Made by a program: the position numbers and the translations under genes. The notes beneath the pieces are model-generated. The model was not told the origin of the DNA, did not search any database, and saw nothing but the letters and a program-made list of their open reading frames with translations. This document shows positions 59,485 through 64,000 of a DNA stretch of 64,000 nucleotides, piece after piece; position 1 is the stretch's first letter; each line of letters begins with the position of its first letter. The DNA lies in assembly GCA_049997855.1 (NCBI GenBank), contig JBEKSG010000004.1, positions 2,607 through 66,606 on the forward strand, in the 5' to 3' direction. Origin of the DNA: Minisyncoccia bacterium. GTDB lineage: Bacteria; Patescibacteriota; Minisyncoccia; Phycocordibacterales; SBAW01.

Positions 59485-61793
59485 GACTTTACTCAGGCTC
59501 ATCCACTCAGTTTTTGGATGATACCGTGCATAATCAAATAGGGGACAAACTCAAGGAATCTTTTTTCCAATATTTTCGCTACTACCCTTCCCCAAATGAA
59601 GTGCAATCATGGAGAAATTCACTCCGTGCTGTTTCTCAAGTATTCGATTATTCAAAATTACATGATCATGGAGTAATTCTTGAATATCAACTCCCTCAGA
59701 CATCCAAGCGCCTCGATTGCATGATAACCGGCAAAGATCAACCCGGGAGCGATAGAGCGGTTGTCATTGAGCTCAAACAATGGGAGAAATGTGAAGCCTC
59801 AGATGGAGAAAACGAAGTGACTACATGGGTCGGGGGAGCAAAAAGGGAGGTTCTTCATCCATCTGTTCAAGTTGGCCAATATAAAATGTATTTACAAGAT
59901 CTTCATCCAGCATTTGATGGTGAGAATTCTATTAAACTTGATGCAGTTTCTTACCTTCACAATTATTCTCCTGTAGAAAATGACGAGCTTCTAACGGCAA
60001 AATTTACAGAAAAAATAAAAAGCAATCCGGTCTTTTGTGCAAATGATGTGAATATTTTTAGTGTATATCTTAAAAACAGACTCTCAGCCGGAAGTGGTTT
60101 ACCAATACTCGAACGTGTGGAAAAGACAGAATACAAAGTGAGCAAGAAGTTAATGGACCACGTCAGTAAGATAATAAAAGAGAAAAGCGAATATATACTT
60201 CTTGATGAACAACTTATCGTATATGACAAAGTATTTTCTCTTGTTAAACAAGAACTTAAAAAAGACGAGAAATCAGTAGTTATTATTAGTGGTGGTCCCG
60301 GCACTGGAAAATCTGTAATTGCTATTAATCTTATGGCAGATTTGTTGCGAGCAGGATATGACACTAACTACGCTACTGGATCGAAAGCATTTACTGAAAC
60401 CCTGAGGAAAAAAATTGGGGTGCGCGGCGCTGTTCAATTCAAATATTTTAATAGTTATATGAATTCGAATAAAAATATTCTAGATGTCCTTATTGCAGAC
60501 GAAGCCCATCGTATTAGAGAGACGAGCAATAATCGGTTTACGAAGAAGGAAATGCGATCAGATACCCCGCAAATTGAAGAGCTTATCAAAGCATCAAAAA
60601 TTGGAGTGTTTTTCATTGACGACAATCAAAATGTTCGTCCTAATGAAACTGGGTCTGCAGAATTCATTAAAGATACTGCTATTAAGATGGGATGCGAGGT
60701 GTACGAATATGAATTAGAAGCGCAATTTCGGTGCAGTGGGTCAGATGCATTCGTAAGCTGGATAAATAATACACTTGGAGTTAGACGTACTGCGAATGTC
60801 ATTTGGGATCAGAAAGAAGAGTTTGATTTTCAAATTATGGATTCGCCACAAGAATTATATGAAAAAATAAAACAAAAGAATAACGAAAAACATAGTTCCG
60901 CACGACTTGTTGCGGGTTTTTGTTGGCCATGGAGTAACCCGAACTTAGATGGAACACTGGTAAACGACGTCAAAATTGGCGACTTTGAAATGCCATGGGA
61001 AGGTAAAGACGGTTACAAATTAGCTCCAGGGATACCGCCCGCTTCACTCTGGCCAAATGATCCAAATGGGGTGAATCAAATAGGCAGTATTTATACAATT
61101 CAAGGATTTGAATTTGATTATGTAGGAGTAATCATTGGCTCGGATCTTGTCTATAACTTTGAAAACCAAACTTGGATTGCATTAAGAGAAAAATCTGCAG
61201 ATAGTGTGGTAAAGCGCTCTGGAGAAAAACTTGTTGATCTCCTTAAAAATACTTACCGCGTCCTTCTTACTCGAGGCATGAAAGGATGTTATGTATATTT
61301 TGTAGACAAGGAGACAGAAAAGTTTTTTAAGAGTAGAATCGAAGCAAAAAAGAGCTATCAAAAATCTTCGGTACTTATTTTGTCTCCAATTACTGTAGAT
61401 ATGGTCCGTATTCCACTTGTCGGATCTGCTCCATGTGGTGCTCCACTGCTTGGTGAGGAAAATATAGAGGAGTATATAAACGTAGAAAAATCAAAAATTA
61501 AACCCGGTTTTAAGTATTTTATTCTTCGGGCTGAGGGCGACTCCATGAATCTTGCTGGCATAAATAACGATGATCTCGTCTTATGTCGTCAGCAATTAAA
61601 GGCCGATACAGGCAATAGAGTTGTTTCTTTGCTTGGTGATAACGTGACTATCAAGGTTTATGGTGAACGAATCGGAGGTGTGAGAAAATTATTACCAAAA
61701 AGTACAAACAAAAAACATCAACCAATAATCCCAGGAGAGGGAGATACTGTGCAGGGAGTCGTACAAGAAGTACTTGCACCGAACAACAAATAA
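59481..61793 (+). CDS. PD-(D/E)xK nuclease / DUF2075 AAA ATPase / LexA-UmuD-like S24 peptidase fusion (770 aa)
   Basis: N-terminal LDCMI..VVIELKQWEK nuclease-like motif; Walker A GGPGTGKS, Walker B LIADEAHRI; C-terminal PLVGSAPCGAPLLGE (UmuD-like Cys-Gly cleavage site), GDSM Ser and Lys exactly 37 residues later as in LexA. Confidence 0.75.
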   Translation: MRLYSGSSTQFLDDTVHNQIGDKLKESFFQYFRYYPSPNEVQSWRNSLRAVSQVFDYSKLHDHGVILEYQLPQTSKRLDCMITGKDQPGSDRAVVIELKQWEKCEASDGENEVTTWVGGAKREVLHPSVQVGQYKMYLQDLHPAFDGENSIKLDAVSYLHNYSPVENDELLTAKFTEKIKSNPVFCANDVNIFSVYLKNRLSAGSGLPILERVEKTEYKVSKKLMDHVSKIIKEKSEYILLDEQLIVYDKVFSLVKQELKKDEKSVVIISGGPGTGKSVIAINLMADLLRAGYDTNYATGSKAFTETLRKKIGVRGAVQFKYFNSYMNSNKNILDVLIADEAHRIRETSNNRFTKKEMRSDTPQIEELIKASKIGVFFIDDNQNVRPNETGSAEFIKDTAIKMGCEVYEYELEAQFRCSGSDAFVSWINNTLGVRRTANVIWDQKEEFDFQIMDSPQELYEKIKQKNNEKHSSARLVAGFCWPWSNPNLDGTLVNDVKIGDFEMPWEGKDGYKLAPGIPPASLWPNDPNGVNQIGSIYTIQGFEFDYVGVIIGSDLVYNFENQTWIALREKSADSVVKRSGEKLVDLLKNTYRVLLTRGMKGCYVYFVDKETEKFFKSRIEAKKSYQKSSVLILSPITVDMVRIPLVGSAPCGAPLLGEENIEEYINVEKSKIKPGFKYFILRAEGDSMNLAGINNDDLVLCRQQLKADTGNRVVSLLGDNVTIKVYGERIGGVRKLLPKSTNKKHQPIIPGEGDTVQGVVQEVLAPNNK

Positions 61794-61847
61794 AATAACT
61801 GGATTCTCTACATTTTTATCCCGGCCTTTCCTTCTCTCTCTTATACT

Positions 61848-61865
61848 AGTGTTTTGCAAAACACT
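61848..61865. promoter_or_regulatory. Perfect 18-bp palindrome AGTGTTTTGCAAAACACT between DUF2075-S24 gene and small acidic ORF copy 2
   Basis: Read from sequence; possible operator or terminator stem. Confidence 0.3.
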
Positions 61866-61930
61866 ACAATAACGAGCCCACAACTCTACTCCGGGCTTTA
61901 CTTTACTTACCAAATCTCTACACTTTAGAC

Positions 61931-62062
61931 ATGGACGAAGAACTTTTTGAACTGGCAAAAGAGAACGACCTCACGCTCGACGAGGCAGAAGAGGTGCAGG
62001 ACTTAGCCGATGAGCTAGGGGTTGATCTAGACGAGGCCCTGGAAATTTGGCAGGAGCAATAA
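61931..62062 (+). CDS. 43-aa highly acidic small protein, copy 2 (MDEELFELAKENDLTLDEAEEVQDLADELGVDLDEALEIWQEQ)
   Basis: About 80% nt identity to 27317..27448 with mostly synonymous differences; not in ORF track. Confidence 0.5.
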   Translation: MDEELFELAKENDLTLDEAEEVQDLADELGVDLDEALEIWQEQ

Positions 62063-62096
62063 TATTTTAGCCCTATATAATAGTGGATATCACGGT

Positions 62097-62903
62097 ATGT
62101 ATTCAGAATATAATCACAAAAAGGCATATATCATCGGCGCCGTAGCCCTTGCGGTTATCTTGCTGCTTTGGTTTGTTGTCCCTCGCACGCACTCTTGCAA
62201 CGTGGCGTACATTCCGCTCCACGGCGACCTTGTAACGTATGTGCCCGCATCCGAGGCCACCAGCACCGGCAACGCATACGACCAAACCTCGTCCGAGGAC
62301 GTAACAGCCGCCATACGGCAAGCGGCAGCCGACCCGAGCATCAAAGCCATCGTGCTTGAGATTGACTCTCCCGGCGGTTCGCCGGTTGGGGGGCAAGAGA
62401 TTGAGTTGGCACTCAAACAAATACACAAGCCCACCGTTGCACTCATACGCGGCGAGGGAGACTCTGCTGCATACCTGGCTGCCACCGGCGCCGATACTAT
62501 CTTTGCCTCTGTCTTTTCAGGTGTTGGCGACATCGGCATTACAGAGTCCTACGTAGACAACGCACAGCAGGATATTACTAACGGGCTCACGTTCAATCAG
62601 CTTTCAATTGGCAAATACAAAGATATGTTTGATACCGATAAGCCGCTGACCGCGGACGAGCAAGCGCTCGCCATGAAAGAGCTGCAAATCAACTATCAAG
62701 ACTTTGTGCAGATTGTTGCCCAAAATCGCCACATGAGCATCGGCACCGCCACAACGCTGGCTAACGGCGCAGAGGTAACCGGGGAAGAAGCGCTGCAGGA
62801 TGGCTTGATTGATAAGCTCGGCAACATCGATGATGTGCGGAACTATCTGTCGGGCGAACTAAAACAAAACGCGGTTATTTGCGGTGTCGACATCAATCCC
62901 TAG
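62097..62903 (+). CDS. sppA: Signal peptide peptidase SppA (S49 family, 36K type)
   Basis: N-terminal TM, IVLEIDSPGGS catalytic Ser region, ClpP/crotonase fold. Confidence 0.8.
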   Translation: MYSEYNHKKAYIIGAVALAVILLLWFVVPRTHSCNVAYIPLHGDLVTYVPASEATSTGNAYDQTSSEDVTAAIRQAAADPSIKAIVLEIDSPGGSPVGGQEIELALKQIHKPTVALIRGEGDSAAYLAATGADTIFASVFSGVGDIGITESYVDNAQQDITNGLTFNQLSIGKYKDMFDTDKPLTADEQALAMKELQINYQDFVQIVAQNRHMSIGTATTLANGAEVTGEEALQDGLIDKLGNIDDVRNYLSGELKQNAVICGVDINP

Positions 62904-62939
62904 GGCTCTACGGAGGTTTAACCTCCGTATTGTTGCTGG

Positions 62940-63227
62940 GTGTATACTTACGATATGTATATGCATCATTGGGGCGAACAGGGTTGGTTTATCAATGTGC
63001 CTTTTTGGTCTGCGCCGCTTTTTAGTTTGATATTGTTGGCAGCGCTTTGGTCTTTGGTTTGGAAGGGGTTGGCTTTGTGGCACTCCGGGCGTCGGGGCGA
63101 CGCGTGGTGGTTTGTCATACTCCTTGTCATTAACACGCTCGGCATTTTGGAAATTATTTATCTGTTTGCCGTTGCAAAGCTCAAGTTCCACGAACTCTTC
63201 ACCAAACACGAGCATCATCACGGCTAG
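62940..63227 (+). CDS. Small integral membrane protein (hypothetical)
   Basis: Two TM helices, Trp-rich. Confidence 0.3.
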   Translation: MYTYDMYMHHWGEQGWFINVPFWSAPLFSLILLAALWSLVWKGLALWHSGRRGDAWWFVILLVINTLGILEIIYLFAVAKLKFHELFTKHEHHHG

Positions 63228-63233
63228 CGCGCG

Positions 63234-63623
63234 ATGCCGTGGTTTAGGATAGTGCGTCGCCGCGCAGTTGTGCGGCGGTCAACTCGCAAAAGCCGCGCCG
63301 AGCACCTTGTGCTCGGCGCGGCCGCGCGCATACTCGTGCGTGAGCGCCTCGCGCACTTTAATCGTCACTACGGCTTTGCATACAAAAAAGTTTTTATCCG
63401 CAACACGCGCACGCGGTGGGGGAGTTGCTCCAGCCGCGGCAACTTAGGATTTAATTACCGCATTGTAAAATTGCCGCCGCACCTCATTGATTACGTTGTC
63501 GTGCACGAACTCTGTCATCTTAAAGAGTTTAACCACTCGTCAAAGTTTTGGGCGCTGGTGGCCGAGACTATCCCGAGGTGGAAGCTTTGCCGGACAATAT
63601 TGCGCAAAACTCGCATCGGTTAA
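63234..63623 (+). CDS. DUF45/YgjP-like zinc metallopeptidase (HExxH)
   Basis: RWGSCS..GNL.FN and [14 protein letters not shown] motifs. Confidence 0.55.
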   Translation: MPWFRIVRRRAVVRRSTRKSRAEHLVLGAAARILVRERLAHFNRHYGFAYKKVFIRNTRTRWGSCSSRGNLGFNYRIVKLPPHLIDYVVVHELCHLKEFNHSSKFWALVAETIPRWKLCRTILRKTRIG

Positions 63624-63677
63624 TTTCATATACATGCAAAAAGAGACCACCCCCCTCAGGTGGCCTGTTTTAGTTTT

Positions 63678-63899
63678 CTAAAAAAAGCAAAGTTTGCCAT
63701 TATCTAGCGACGCAATAACAATGGAACATGCTTGTTCAATGTCAAGCGTTTCGTTTCCATCTGGTATTCTCTCCCAGACCGAAATCTCTCTGCACGATAT
63801 TATTTCCCCATCATTATCGTCGCAAAAATACTGGCCGTCTTGAAAGCGCTTCGCGCTCCAATTAAGAACGCGTCCACACCCTGCACATACCGCTATCAT
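63678..63899 (-). CDS. Small Cys-containing hypothetical protein (73 aa)
   Basis: ORF only; CAGCG..C..C pattern. Confidence 0.2.
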   Translation of the reverse strand: MIAVCAGCGRVLNWSAKRFQDGQYFCDDNDGEIISCREISVWERIPDGNETLDIEQACSIVIASLDNGKLCFF

Positions 63900-64000
63900 A
63901 TCAGTACGCCTGTTTCATCGTTCATGATCTCCTCCCGCTTGTTGCGGTAGACACCAAACTATCCGCCTTAATCATGTGCTCATGTGTATAAAACGCAATG

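Overview
This is a GC-rich (roughly 55-60% by eye) bacterial chromosomal window with compact, overlapping genes and many tRNAs. The gene content suggests a small-genome uncultured lineage, possibly CPR/Patescibacteria-like, but that is a low-confidence guess.

Layout:
(1) 1-12.3 kb: type IV pilus / competence-type locus. It runs pilM (5' partial), then an inserted low-GC gene plus a Phd-RelE toxin-antitoxin pair with palindromic operators, then pilN-like, pilO-like, a small pilus-associated protein, pilB, pilT, pilC, two pilins, pilD and four pseudopilins.
(2) 12.3-17.8 kb: ligA, gatC, gatA, a HEPN-like membrane protein, tRNA-fMet, a membrane protein and tRNA-Met(CAT).
(3) 18.6-30.7 kb: a visibly AT-richer integrative island. 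It holds a large serine recombinase on the minus strand, then a PLD-nuclease/SNF2-helicase fusion (1082 aa) next to a 1226-aa PglX/Eco57I-like N6-adenine methyltransferase, a DUF4406-like protein, a 43-aa highly acidic ORF, three hypotheticals including a zinc-ribbon coiled-coil protein and a UDG-like protein, an excisionase-like HTH, and an att-like nested inverted repeat.
(4) 32.9-38.3 kb, minus strand: phage-like module with terminase small and large subunits, two DNA methyltransferases (one ParB-fused) and a sigma-70 region-4 protein. The flanking intergenic DNA carries copies of a repeat that also lies next to tRNA-Met.
(5) 38.9-58.1 kb: housekeeping genes. These are an ABC exporter with two membrane-fusion proteins, tRNA-Asp, two tRNA-Thr, NUDIX, prfB, a YkgJ-like protein, ftsE, ftsX, pyrG, tRNA-Gln, a PG-binding GH18 hydrolase, a retropepsin-like protease, a DEAD-box helicase, a LUD-domain protein, PadR, PspC, an MliC-domain protein and a PIF1-like helicase.
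(6) 58.2-62.1 kb: a second low-GC cassette. It holds a NYN RNase-like gene, a MazG-like NTP pyrophosphohydrolase translationally coupled to a 770-aa fusion of a PD-(D/E)xK nuclease, a DUF2075 AAA ATPase and a LexA/UmuD-like self-cleaving S24 peptidase, and then a second, diverged copy of the 43-aa acidic ORF. sppA, a small membrane protein and a DUF45 metallopeptidase follow.

Genome-wide oddity: an 18-22 bp perfect palindrome (CCTGCCTGC-GCAGGCAGG or its CCGG-centred variant) occurs seven times, always inside a coding region and always read through in frame. Hosts include gatC, pyrG and two pseudopilin leader peptides.
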